Shown piece by piece: positions 1 through 12,050 of a stretch of DNA of 61,100 nucleotides (within the stretch, counting starts at the first letter, position 1; each line of letters starts with the position of its first letter). Made by a program: the position numbers and the translations under genes. The notes below the pieces were generated by a model. The model was not told where the DNA came from. It did not search any database and saw only the letters and a list, made by a program, of their open reading frames with translations. This DNA comes from Hydrolagus affinis (taxonomy: Eukaryota): NCBI GenBank assembly GCA_012026655.1, contig JAAILG010001857.1:1-61100 (forward strand), in the 5' to 3' direction.

Positions 1-900
1 ATATAATACAGAACCAAGAAGCAGAAGGAAAACAAAAGTTAACATTTAAACTATCTAACTTGCTCTGAGTATTTACAGATGATTGAATGTGGAGGGAAAT
101 GGATGTTCCCACAGGCTGGATCTAAATCCAAATAAAACACAAAACCTCCACATTGTAATAATAATAATAATAATCCTTGCTTGCCAAATTTCTTGTGTGA
201 TCTCGGGTTCTGTAAAATCTCGAGAACATTTCTTTGCTGCAGTCAATAGAAATAGGATTTATTTTGGTTTAAAGATTCAAAGTTTTAAAATTTCTTTTCC
301 TTTCTGTCTTGGGAGATTTATTTATTAATTTGACATGGAATAGCTATCATCAATGTATTTTAAATTGGCTGAAGCCCACTGGATTCATTTCACTATCACA
401 ACACAAACATCTGTTTTCAATCTGAATGAATTAAAATGATATTTCCTGAGTTTACTAATATGCATGATTGTAGACTCTTCACTATCCTTATAATTAAGAG
501 TTTACATGATGGAAAATTGCTGTTTTCATTTGTGATGTCTCATATGGATATTTTGGGGGTATTTTTTTCTCCTGTACCTACATGAAAGAGCTATTGATCT
601 CTAGCAAACTATTTAATGTACTTAAAGTGTTTGAAAGAACATTGCTTCTAGACAATTTTTAAGTTTATGGTAGCAACTACCCAATTGAATACTGATGAAA
701 GTTCCTTAAACATAAACCTTCGTCTGTCCAAAACAAATTATTACTGAATTTCCGACTGATTGAGAGGTGATGTACAATTAAATTTAAAGCAGTGCAAATG
801 AGTTTGGTTTCTTAAATTTTATGGCCTATTTGGAAAATTGTTTAGGCATCATTTTAAGCAAAGTAGAAAATTGTATAATTTTTCTAATATTCTTCCTTAG

Positions 901-972
901 GCTTTTGCACAGGTATCAAAACTCCTGTCACAGTGCAACTTTAATGAATTGAAAGGCCTTGTATCAATTGAG
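901..972 (+). CDS. MAIP1: MAIP1 (m-AAA protease-interacting protein 1, C2orf47) internal coding exon
   Basis: Acceptor ttccttag, donor gtaatg; 72 bp; translates AFAQVSKLLSQCNFNELKGLVSIE, matching recalled human MAIP1 AFAHVSKLLSQCKFDLLEELVAKE. The upstream coding exon was not found in the window. Confidence 0.93.
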
Positions 973-1154
973 GTAATGTATAATCTAAGCATGGTTTGTA
1001 AAGTATATTTGTGCTATGATTGCCAAAGAAATCTCAAAATATATTTGCTTTTTAGACTGGTAGAAGCATTTCTTATAGGCTCTTGTGTGCAAAGTATTCT
1101 TTAAACAGTCTTCATAAGTGCTTTGGTGAGGTCCCCCTTCTTGCAGTATTAATT

Positions 1155-1345
1155 ATTAATAATAATAATCCTTGCATTTGATATAGCGCTTTTCATGTCT
1201 TCTAGACGTCTCAAAGCGCTTCACAGAATATACAATACTGTGAAGTGAGTTGACTGTATATTTGTGGGAGAAACGTGGCAGCCAATTGCGCACAGCAGTG
1301 TCCCCACAAACAGTTGTGGATTGAAATGACCAATTTATTATTGAT
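1155..1345 (-). mobile_element. tRNA-derived SINE, 3' portion, in MAIP1 intron
   Basis: Reverse complement of the recurrent body/tail ctgtttgtgggacactgctgtgcgcaattggctg...gaagcgctttgagacgtctagaagac...caaatgcaaggattattatt, seen about 20 times in the window. Confidence 0.9.
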
Positions 1346-1531
1346 TAATAAAATATTATCAAATCTGGTAAATGTAAATATTATTTATATCATTAAGCCC
1401 AACATTTAAGAAGCCCTTTACAGAGGTATATAATGCATATTTCCTTAATTTGTTTCTTTGTGGCGGCTGTTCTGATGATAATCCAGTAACTATATCAATA
1501 TATATAGAATTGTCATTTCTTGTTTGCACAG

Positions 1532-1658
1532 GCATTAGAAGAATTAGAAGGAAAATGTTCAGCATTGTCTATTGAGCGCAGAAAAGCCTTAGCTGCTGAC
1601 ATGGAGGAAATTATGTACAGTACACCAGGAGATGTTGGGATTTATTACGATAACCAGG
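1532..1658 (+). CDS. MAIP1: MAIP1 internal coding exon
   Basis: Acceptor tttgcacag, donor gtttgt; 127 bp; ALEELEGKCSALSIERRKALAADMEEIMYSTPGDVGIYYDNQ(G); phase-compatible with both neighbours. Confidence 0.93.
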
Positions 1659-1739
1659 GTTTGTTTCTTTGTATACTTCTTATCTATGTCTTCACTCCTT
1701 TTTGTATAATAAAACAATATAGTATATGTTCTTGATTTA

Positions 1740-2040
1740 AAGTGTGGCACACAAAACTGAGCACAGTAGTCCAGCGGAGGCCTAACCAGTGTTTAAAAAG
1801 GTTTATTGGAACTTCCTTACTTTCATATTCTATGCCCCTGTTTATAAAGCGTATGCTATTTGCTTTTTTGTTTAACAGCTTTATCTACCTGTCCTGCCAA
1901 CTTCAAAGATTTACTTATATTAACTCCTGGGCCTATGTTCCTTCACCCTCTTTAAGATTCTACCATCTAATTTATACTGCTTCTCCATATTCTTCCTCTC
2001 AAAATGCAACACTTTGCATCTCTCCACATTAAACCTCATC
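1740..2040 (-). mobile_element. Degenerate CR1 LINE fragment
   Basis: Reverse strand resembles the CR1 ORF2 segment LVRPxLxYCxQFW, seen intact at 60915-61100. Confidence 0.65.
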
Positions 2041-2104
2041 TGCAACAGACTATTAAATACGCTGTTACGTTGTGCTGATCATTAACTTGTTATATTTTTC
2101 ATAG

Positions 2105-2255
2105 GTAGAAAATTTGTTCATATCCTAATGCGCTATTGGTATCTTTCGAACGTGGACCTGCCCAGTGAGACCCCTGAGGGAACAAAAATGTTTCAAACCG
2201 TCTTTGGTGATGAAAACAGCAAAGATAGCAAATGTCTCCTCACAGCAAATTATGA
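2105..2255 (+). CDS. MAIP1: MAIP1 internal coding exon
   Basis: Acceptor tttttcatag, donor gtaagt; 151 bp; (G)RKFVHILMRYWYLSNVDLPSETPEGTKMFQTVFGDENSKDSKCLLTANY(E), cf. recalled human GRKFVNILMCFWYL. Confidence 0.94.
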
Positions 2256-2799
2256 GTAAGTTTTCCATCTGCATTCATTTTGTTGCTAGGTTAGTTGTTA
2301 TGGGGCATCTACTGTGTATTGTTGCTTTTGATTGCTGGATGTGCTGCAATACAATATTTTGCTGTAATGCAAAACAGCATTCTGGAAGCACAAACAGTAC
2401 AGAGCTGTGAAAAATTGACTTTAGAGACTTATTGAACTGAATCGCCATACGGATGCAAATTCAGATCTGAAGCATTGAGATATGCTTGATTTCAACTGGA
2501 CAGTATTACTAAAGGCAGAATGGATTTGGCAAGAAAATTTTGTTGAGGAGAATTTCAAAAGAAACTGCACATAAAATAAGCCATCTGCATATGTTGCATC
2601 TCTGGCAATTTGATCAATTATTCAACCATCCCATGAGAGTGAAATTGGTTTTCTGTAAGTGATTTGATTTCTCAATGTATATTGCTGAGTTCCAAGTTAA
2701 ATGGGTGTAGTATAACGACTTATTTAGTGTGCTGAAGCAATATGAACCTGATGATCGTGTAATGTTCTTTGCTGTGCTCAGGAATAATATCTTTGAAGC

Positions 2800-3400
2800 T
2801 AAGAACCTAACATGGATCGAGCACCATAGAGATCTGGCCGTTCAGTTCAATAAATCTAAAATTAACAACGAAGGTGTTATAAAAGCATGGAATACAAATG
2901 AAGTCCTGGGCTTTAATGTCCAGAGGAATAGAATACAAAAACAAGCACAAAATGTTATTCTTGTATAAAACTTTGGATGAACCATATTTGGGGTACTATG
3001 TACAGTTCTGTCCTTTCTCTAAGAGTCTTCCTGACATGAAAGGTGCTAAATGTAATGTTGTTGTTCTGGCAATGGAGAGAGAGGGTGAGGGTTTAGACTC
3101 ACTCAGATGTTACAAGGAATGAGCAGATGCAACGGTCAAGAAAGATTGGACACATCAGAGTTTATTTTCCTGGAGGTGAGATAATACTGAAGTTTAACAT
3201 AATACAGTAATAAAGAGGTGATAAGGTGAACATAGATCAATATGTTTTCACTTGTTAGTGAGCCTGTAAAAAAGGACATACCGAATTTAGCTAGAATATC
3301 TTTTCACAGGGGGTGATGAGAACATAGAACTTGCTGCCGGAAGCTGTAGTTGAAGCAGAAAGCATTAACGTATTTAAGAGGAAACACAATGCATACATAC
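2800..3400 (+). mobile_element. Degenerate CR1 LINE 3' fragment
   Basis: Decayed version of the IEYKxKxxLxxLYKTL..YxVQF CR1 motif followed by CR1-like 3' region. Confidence 0.6.
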
Positions 3401-3414
3401 TCTTAAAAAATATA

Positions 3415-3590
3415 ATTATTGGTTACTCAATCCACGACTGTTTGTGGGACACTGCTGTGTGCAATTGGCTGCTGTGTTTCACCCACAAAATATACAGTAT
3501 TTTTACACTTTACAGTATATTCTGTGAATTGCTTTGATTCGTCTCGAAGATGTAATAAGGCCCTATATCAAATGCAAGGAATATTATTTA
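3415..3590 (+). mobile_element. tRNA-derived SINE 3' portion in last MAIP1 intron
   Basis: Recurrent SINE body and tail ending caaatgcaaggaatattatt. Confidence 0.88.
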
Positions 3591-3705
3591 TTGTTTTAAA
3601 TTATTCTTATTTACAAAATATTCATGTAGAGAACTATTTGGGATTGGACAGAAATGTTTCCATTGCTTTTATAAACGTAACTAATTTTGCTTCTCTGTGC
3701 TCCAG

Positions 3706-3784
3706 ATTCCAACGAGAGTTTACACAAGGTGTGGAGCCTAACTGGACCATCACCCGAATCCAGCATTTTAAATTATTGGAGTAA
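3706..3784 (+). CDS. MAIP1: MAIP1 last coding exon
   Basis: Acceptor ctgtgctccag; (E)FQREFTQGVEPNWTITRIQHFKLLE*, matching the recalled human C-terminus EFQREFTQGVKPDWTIARIEHSKLLE. Confidence 0.95.
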
Positions 3785-4094
3785 TTGTGCTGACAATTTT
3801 ACCAGGAGACTGTTTCTGTGTAGTTCAAAGCAATGAGAATGACTCCCCCCCCCACTCCCCCACCCCACTCCCACCTTTGACTTAGGGAACTTATTGCATT
3901 TTGTTTAATGAAAAGGAATGAACCCGGTAAAGATTCAACTACAATGTCACACAGAATGATGATCATCCATTGAGGGCACAGTTTAGTCTGTGAACTGTTG
4001 TGGCTTGCAGATCAGGATTTCTTCAGCTGAAAATATAAACGCTTGTCCAGGTATTTTCGTTGTACTGTACATGAATTTGGCCTTTACGAAAAAG

Positions 4095-4192
4095 TTTGCA
4101 TTTGATATAACGCTTTTCACGTCTTCTAGACGTCTCAAAGCGCTTCACATAATATACTGTAAAGTGAATTGACTGTATATATGTGGGTGAAA
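4095..4192 (-). mobile_element. SINE tail fragment downstream of MAIP1 stop (probable 3' UTR)
   Basis: ttgcatttgatataacgcttttcacgtcttctagacgtctcaaagcgcttcac is the reverse complement of the SINE tail. Confidence 0.88.
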
Positions 4193-6210
4193 TTTGAGTA
4201 ACAGCAGCGTGTTTGCAGAATGAAAGTGGCATCTGTAAAATATATTCAGAAGAGAATTATGCCAAAATGTAGCACATTAAAAGGTGTGCCACTAGGGAGG
4301 AAGAATGCAGAAAACTTTTAGAATAGATTCCATATGAAATGTAGAGTATAAAACACGTTAAAGAATTGTATCCAAGGAAATAAAATACTGTAATCTTTAA
4401 TATTATAACTTAATACAATCCATTCCTCTTAGTAATAACCTGTTTCCCATAAGAAACAAATTGACAATAAAAAAAAAACTGAATGTTTAGTTTTACAGGA
4501 CCGTGCAAACTTTATGGGAAGATTCTCTGGGAATGTGAATGATTTGTTGTAAGTTGGTAAATTGTAGAAATGATTTGTGCAGCATATTACAGATGTGGTT
4601 TATGCCAAATGCAGCTTCGGCCTGGTAACATCTGGGAATAGCATCATCTCTGATGTGTAATGGGAACACAGTTGAGAGATTTGAGTAAATCTAACTGTTT
4701 GCTGTGAGCTGAATTTACCCCTGGGCTCCTTATTTGGATAACACCTGTGTCACCTATTGGTTTCACCGACTAGTTTTATGGATGACTGATTTCCATTGTT
4801 AGGTCAAGACAGAAACCACTATAAATTGCCTCTGGTGCAGTATGGCTTCAGGGTTGGTATGAAAGGCCGACGGGCTTTGCTGAGTTATTGGCTTATGGGT
4901 GTATGTGGCTCCTGACTGGTTAGATGTACAAATCATCCCCCTTTGCATTCACTATAATGTGGAATTCCTACTACTCCCAATGGGAGTGTCACAGTGTGGG
5001 AAGGGATTAACGTACTCGATAAGCAAGGGCAATTTTTTGATAGATCCCTTGATAATCTAATTCCACATACCCACAGTGCGGTACTTTGGTTAGTACAGTG
5101 GATGTCAGGCTTTTGTTTTGTCGAATCTCCCCTTTGTAACTTTGAAGATCATAAAACACTCATCTGTTTAATTGTGACTTGATTTATCAACGTGTAAAAT
5201 ACTGTGTGCTTGGATATTTGTCATTTCAAAATAAAATGCCTGATAGTGTGCAAATAATGGTGCTTACAAATTGAGGAATAAAATGCGAGTTCAAGTAACT
5301 CCAGTATTTGAGTTTGCGTCCTCCACCCTCCGTTCCTTTTTGATGTATCACAACATTGGTTACCCAGCCAGAAGCGGGTCGTGCAAATTCATACATTTAT
5401 GCGTAGAACAGTTCTGCCAGCAGAGGTCATCAGGATCCGTTCTATGCAATTCTTGCTTCACTGATCAATGAGAACCACAACAGGAGTGACAGTCAGGATG
5501 CCAGCTGAACTGATGTAGATGATTATTATGGGCTGGAGATGGGGGCTGAGATTAGATTTTTTTAGATTATTCAAATGCTCAAACTTACATTTAAATATCC
5601 TCAGAACTACTATTCCTCACTGATATCAAGAACCCTGCAGATTAGGCTGCAGTTGCCATGTGTTCTAGGAGTATTATGACATTAGGTTTACCTTGAAACA
5701 ATACTAACCTTTTAGCACTCCCTGTTGCTTGTTACTCCTAATACAGTTGAAACCTAATAAATACAGGAGTATTTTGCCAAGAAATATTCACATGACCCAG
5801 GATTGTATGGACTGCAAAAATCACAAAATAGCCAAATTTCTTATCGAAATTCAAGCCCATTTAATTATTCAGACATGTTGCCTATGTGCTGAGCTCCCAG
5901 TGGTTTCATCATTTTGGCTTGAACGGATTTCTAAAACTTCCTGCAAATTTTTGTACTGCACATAATACAGTAGAGGCATTGGGCTGCGAGTGGCTATTTA
6001 TACTGTGGCCAATGTATAATCACCTGAGTCAGCTTCCTAGCAAATACCTTCAAGCGGCAACCTGGTGCTTATACACCTTGCTAGCAGCTTCACATTAACT
6101 GGATGTTAGTGAATGATGGCTAACCACACTCAAGTCTTCTCCACCTCTGTTCATGCACAACCATTTATTGAGTTCATGCTCCACATTACTTTTCCAATCA
6201 CTACCTTATA

Positions 6211-6412
6211 CAGTAAAAGCCTGTTTATCCGACACCCGATCAGCCGAAGCTTTAGTATAACTGGCATCGCAAAAAGAAAGGTTCGCATTCGATTAACCGG
6301 AATTTATCCGGAAAAATGCATTAATTATTTTTGTGTTTTCAGCCGAATATCCGGCACACGCTTTAACCGGCATTGGCCAGTCCCGAGGGTGCCGGGTAAA
6401 GGGCTTTTGCTG
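6211..6412. mobile_element. Tc1-mariner/pogo(Tigger)-like MITE, copy 1
   Basis: TIRs cagtaaaagcctgtttatccg ... ccgggtaaagggcttttgctg; TA on the left flank; a homologous copy lies at 53653-53857. Confidence 0.85.
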
Positions 6413-7922
6413 GATATTTATCTTCATAAGTTCAATTGCATTGGTTCACTGATGAACAGGCTCTCCTTCATATAATTACATCAACATGAGAGAGCCATTC
6501 AGCACATTTAAGTCCACACCATCATTTTAGTAGATCATCACACCTCTTTTATCTTTCATATGCTTTTCCCCCTAATGTCATTTCTCCGTCTTTACTCCAA
6601 ATTCCTAAATACTTTTACTTCCTCTATATTGTCCTCTTAAAGAAACTTTAATGAGCACTAAATATAATTTGGAGGTATGTGATCATAATACTTTGCTACT
6701 GTATTATTTTTATATGACTTCAATGTTGGAAATCAGCAGTGAATGAAGCAATCTGAAGAAGATGCCTTATTAAATGCCAATAAAGGCATTCAATCCACAT
6801 ACGGTCTCTTTTTGTAGCAAGAAAGAAAAACATGAAATCGAGCTTGTGAGTCGAGAAGTCTCTTTCTATTTGCTGTGAGCAGTGGAAATTCTTCCCTCGG
6901 TATTCACAGGGTCATGCGCAGCTCGATCTGTCGCACACTCTACCTGCATCTGTACTCATTGGTCAGTACTGTATCTAGTTTCATTCAAACTGCACAAATA
7001 GTGTCTGTTTAATGGGACAAAAGCTTCATTCATTGCAAAACTGAGGAATTTCATTAGTTGGAGAAGGTTCTTGATACAGCCTTTGTTGAACCCTGCTAGA
7101 GGACATGCCATATTGAGTGTGTTGTTGGTTATATAGTTGACTTTTGTCCAAACATAAGTAACTGAAAATTATGGATTTGACGTATTTACAGTGATGATTC
7201 CCTTTGGGAGGACGCTGAGCCACAAATCATCAACAATTATTGCTGTGAAATATCAAAGTAAAATCCATTCTGGTACTATTTTCTTTCTGTCATGAATATA
7301 ACAGTGGTGAAAAGGCATCTCAAGCCTGTTTTATGTTAGATAATTCTTGGCCAGAATCTCTTCGCAAGAATCTTCTACAATTCGTATTATTTTGTGCCTC
7401 ATACAAAAGACAACGAGTAGCATAAAACTAGATCTCTTTTTCAATGTTGTATTTATTCTACTATTGTTTTTCAAATGGAATTTCAAACTAAGTTAAACTG
7501 GTAACCTTTGCGTAATGTATTTTGTTAGATACTGCACCTGACTTTTTCCAAATTTATGTCAACTTTTGCTTCTCTGAGTCTCTGTGAAAGACCCAAGAGT
7601 GTGGCTCATCAGATCAGGATCGCTTTGGACATCCTAATTAAGATGAACCAGTTATTGCAATTTGCTTCTTACTGATCGGGAATTACAGTGATTCCAAGGA
7701 ATCGTGGCCATCCTCTGGCCAGCTCCACAAAAGTAGTACTGTACACTTTCTTCTCATTTCCTTTCCCTAACTCTCCAGAACGATCTGTTGCTTATTATCC
7801 TGCAGCTCTCTTAATTCAGGATTGTATCGGATCATGCTCCTTGTCAGTGTCTTGGTTTCACAGTTTCCAGAAAGGGCAGATCTACACATGTGCACCTTCT
7901 AGTAGGGGTTTCAGACAAAGAG

Positions 7923-8022
7923 NNNNNNNNNNNNNNNNNNNNNNNNNNNNNNNNNNNNNNNNNNNNNNNNNNNNNNNNNNNNNNNNNNNNNNNNNNNNNN
8001 NNNNNNNNNNNNNNNNNNNNNN
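7923..8022. other. Assembly gap (100 N)
   Basis: Run of N; a fixed 100-N length usually denotes unknown gap size. Confidence 1.
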
Positions 8023-10427
8023 TTCCCCCCCCCCCCCCCCACCCCCACCCTGCTGAGATGATCCCATACAACAACAACTTGCATTTATATAGCGCTCTTC
8101 AAGCTGGGTAATATGCCTGGCTTTTCTCTCAAGCGTTGATGCTTTCCACTCCAGCCATTGTTTCTGGCAGTGAGTTCCACAATTCACAGCACACTGGATT
8201 GTGTAAATTAAAGTTATGCCTCACAAAGCTCCCGCCACCCCTTTTCCCTCACCCCCACCCAGGCTGCTCAGTTCTATGGGTGGGTGGTCTTTTGCTTTGC
8301 AGTCTGTTGATTCAGGCTGAGACATGCATTAGACCTGTCATTTATACTTTCCTTTCTTATGTACAAAACTTGAGACATTATGTTTGAACAGTCTGCATTC
8401 AATTCCTGCTCACCAACAGACATAAAAAGCCTATTCACATGTTGCTGGCTTCTCACAGGGATAGTAAATGCTGACTCATTAGTACTCAGACATCCTTGTG
8501 AGGGACGGATTGAAAAATCCCATCGGCTGGGTATTGTGTCATTTCAGAACAATTCATTAAAATAGACAAAGACATCTAAAGAATAACTTGGTCCTATATA
8601 ACAAATTCTGCATACAATTAGCCCCCACCAAACCCTTTTGGTAAACCTATAGTCACACATTGCTGCAGTGAAATTAATTCTAAAATACAATATTACTTTT
8701 ACCTGCACTATGCAAACCCTGATTGAATGTATTGTGTGAAGGATGATGTCACTGAGACTGGGTGCGCTTTACAAGAAAGCATTTCGCAGAGAATGGATGT
8801 TAAATACCTTTGTTCCTGAGGATACAAATTTCTCTGGACTCTTATCATAGATGGCTACAACTCTGCCATCCTTTGCTGAATAGAAGAGAGAAGCAATATT
8901 TAATTTCAAACTATAGCAGGACACCCATTTTGCTGGAGAATGTCTGAAGTACAGAAAGAATGTGAAGAAAGTTTTGACAAAAGTTTTTTGGAAGGTACAA
9001 ATAGAAATTATTTTAGGAAAAGTACTAAATACAGTATTGGTGAAGGAGTGCAGTTAGATCTTATGTCAAGAGAATGTTAAGTGTATTTGGTCGGGTTAAA
9101 TAAAGTTTGATGGATATTCATTTGGTCTTAGCTCGACTGTCTTAAAGACTTGAGAGAAATTATGCACAGTCTCCTATGGTGGGGGTGGGTGGGGCAGAGT
9201 CTTACCTGTAATTAACTATCTACCTTTAGGTGATAAAGTAAGTTAGTGAGTCCATGTCAGCCTGGATTACACATGGTTCAATGAAATAAATAGGCTTCAT
9301 GAACCAAAAAGGCTTCTTCATATATTCTTTCTATGATCTTATGATATTGAATTTCTCACGTCACGTGTTTCACTGAGCACCTGACAGGTCATTTTCCTGT
9401 CACTTTGGAAAGAGAATTGAAGGCAGGCGATGATTCTTATGAACAACTTTATGTCTATTTCCCGGAATTTAGTGCAAAGATTATTAAAAATTTCCTTACA
9501 AACAGTTTGCAGTTTGAGTGCAAAATATCTCACATAAATGCATCCATTTCTTCAATGAGCAGCAGAGGCTCCAACTCAACCAGCTAAAATGTGCGTTGCA
9601 ATGTACACTGATGTAATGCCTTTCATGGAGGTTGGACATCTCAACGTGCTTCACGGATATGATGGAGAGCAGAAGATGGAAGCATAGGATATACTATTCA
9701 GTTCTTTTGGTGTTCTTTTTTTTTTAACAGATTCTACATTGTTTCTTTCTCTGTATCTGATATGGATACCAACAAATGTGGTTTGTTGACAGAGCAGAGA
9801 AAAAAATTCCCAAAGCATATTTTGAGAGCCTCTGGTCTTCCTAAGGTTCGGTGTGAACCACATCAGTGTGAGCCAGTGAGTGTTTTTATGCTACAAATTT
9901 GGAGTCTCACAGTCTGTGCCTTCATTAATGGCCTATAATTTATTCCCCATTGTTGAACCAGGCATGTCTGCCTCCACAATTAATGATGGGAATAGGAACA
10001 TTTATATCTGTTACTAAATATACCCATCACTGACCACAGCCACAGAATAAATGTTCTACATTCTTTTTGTCTTATTAGGGAGTGAACACTTCTGCTTATG
10101 TAACATATGTCTGAGTTTGAATTTCCATTTGAGAACTTGAAATGAGGTTGCCAAAATTAGCAGTGGATTCTGTGGCAGTTCCTATGTTTTTCCCAAACAG
10201 TTATTACCTCAACTCAATACAGTGACTTTCTGGCATCCATTTACGAGATCTCAAGATGTTAAGAGAACCTTGTGTTTTTTTACAGCCTTCTGAAGTCTCG
10301 ACCATGCACATCCAATTCCCATGGTCTAAAAATACCATACGCTTATTTTCATTTCAGAAGTTAATAGGGTCTAGACTCTAGAAGACGTGATAATGGCAAT
10401 ATCAAATGCAAGGATTATTGTGGGATT

Positions 10428-10766
10428 GGGCAGAGTCAACATGGCTTTATGAAACGAAAATTGTGTCGAATAAATCTTAGTTTTTTTAAGATGTAAAATT
10501 AGATAGGGGGGAAATCAGTGGATATGGTGTATCTGGATTTTCAGAAGGCATTCAACAAGGTGCCACATTAAAGGCTGTTACATAAGATAAGGGCTCATGG
10601 AATTAAAGGTAATATATTAGCATGGATCGAAGAGTGGTTAACAGGCAGAAAACAGAGTAGGTGTTCATTACAAAAGGGTTAGAATATAAGAGTAAGGAAG
10701 TCTTGCTGCAACTGTATAGGGCCTTGGTGAGACCGGACCTGGAATATCGTGTGAAGTTTTGGTCTA
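10428..10766 (+). mobile_element. CR1 LINE reverse-transcriptase fragments, internally deleted
   Basis: Encodes QHGFMK, VYLDFQKAFNKVPH and GLEYKSKEVLLQLYRALVRPDLEYRVKFWS, which are typical CR1 ORF2 motifs. Confidence 0.9.
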
Positions 10767-10803
10767 CAGTTAACCCTCGTCAATCACAGGGGTTACATTC
10801 TTT

Positions 10804-11187
10804 CATTCACGGCCTTGCCCCCGCCTATCTCTCTGACTTACTGTCTCCTATCAGCCTGCGCGTCCCCTCCATTCAGCAGACTCAGGTCTGCTCCGCGTCC
10901 ACCGCCCTAACCGCCCAACCATCAGCGGCCGGGCTTTCAGCCTCTCTGCTCCCACACTGTGGAACTCCATCCCACAGACCCTCCACCTCGCTTCCTCCCT
11001 TTCCTCCTTCAAGGCCGGTCTCAAGACCTTCCTCTTCAACCGCGCCTTCGGCTGCTCCACTAACCCTTCCCCCTCTCCCACTCTCCTTCCCCTTCCTGCT
11101 ACCCTGACTACCCCCCTTCCTGCACCCCCGCTCGGGTCCCGACCTGACCGTTCAGCGCTTTGGGACGTCCTCCCGACGTAAATAAGT
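10804..11187 (+). mobile_element. L2 LINE 3' end
   Basis: IHGLAPAYLSDLL..GRAFS..APTLWNS..FKAGLKTFLF motifs, pyrimidine-rich UTR, tail cagcgctttgggacgtcctcccgacg...(ttg)n. Confidence 0.92.
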
Positions 11188-11730
11188 GCAATTTTGTTGT
11201 TGTTGCTAGTGCAGTGGTCGAGGCAGTTAGGCGGAGTTGGCATTATGGTTGGGGTTGTTAACTTGGCTGAGTTGGTTCCGGCCCTTGCCTTGAGTGGGTG
11301 GTTGAGTCAGTTCAGGGCTGAAAGTCTGCGATTGTCCTTTGGGTGGACTGTAAATCACATGCAATGTGTTTCTCTGTGGTGGTGAAGGGAAAGAATCTGA
11401 ACCCTGGGCAACGGGAGCCCTGTGGGATCGATCATTGTTGATGGTTTCACTGATCTTTGTGAGACTGTACAATTTGTTGTATTTATGGATGATTTTTCTC
11501 ACTCAGTTTCATCATTTGCATTTTTGACGAGGAGGCTCCTTTCTGTGGGTTCTTGCTTGGCTGGGTTCTCCTCAGTTAGTCAGAAGTTCACCTGGAGCCT
11601 GTCCATGCCTACGACCTTGTTCACCTTTGGACTTTACGTCAGCCGTCAACTGAAGGTAATTCTGTGCTGGTTGGAACAGTACATTGACGACTGAAACTCA
11701 CGCCATTTTTCTTTCGCTGCATCTCTAGCA

Positions 11731-12050
11731 CAGTGGTTCCCAACCTCAGGTTCCGGCCCAAATCAGGTTCTCAGAGGTCCTCAATAGGGTCGCGAAGGGT
11801 CATCAGAATTTTTTGTTGTTGCTTTTTTTAACTTTGCAAATGCTTTTATAACGCTAAAAAAAAGTGCCCGAGGCGACATTGCCGACCAATTTGTATAAAG
11901 ACTGTACTTACAAGTTGCGCTTAATCCACAAAAGAGACAGAGATAACGTTTTGGCTGAGCTGAACTTCAGTTGTGATATCACCCCCTAGGGGTGGGAGGA
12001 CCTGTTGGAGGATAATTTAGGTCGCAGCAAAAAAAGGTTGGGAACCACTG
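11731..12050. mobile_element. hAT (Charlie-like) non-autonomous DNA transposon
   Basis: Perfect 16-bp TIR cagtggttcccaacct / aggttgggaaccactg; 8-bp TSD ctctagca / ctccagca (one mismatch). Confidence 0.92.

Noticed and set aside
7688-8187. ORFs spanning the N run (also 52986-53332)
   Set aside because: Artefacts of assembly gaps translated as X.
9405-9587. Plus-strand 60-aa ORF as a coding exon
   Set aside because: No recognisable homology; the opposite strand fits the PDZ-relic model better.
10661-11107. 148-aa ORF as a gene
   Set aside because: Chance read-through from a CR1 fragment into an adjacent L2 fragment, partly out of frame.
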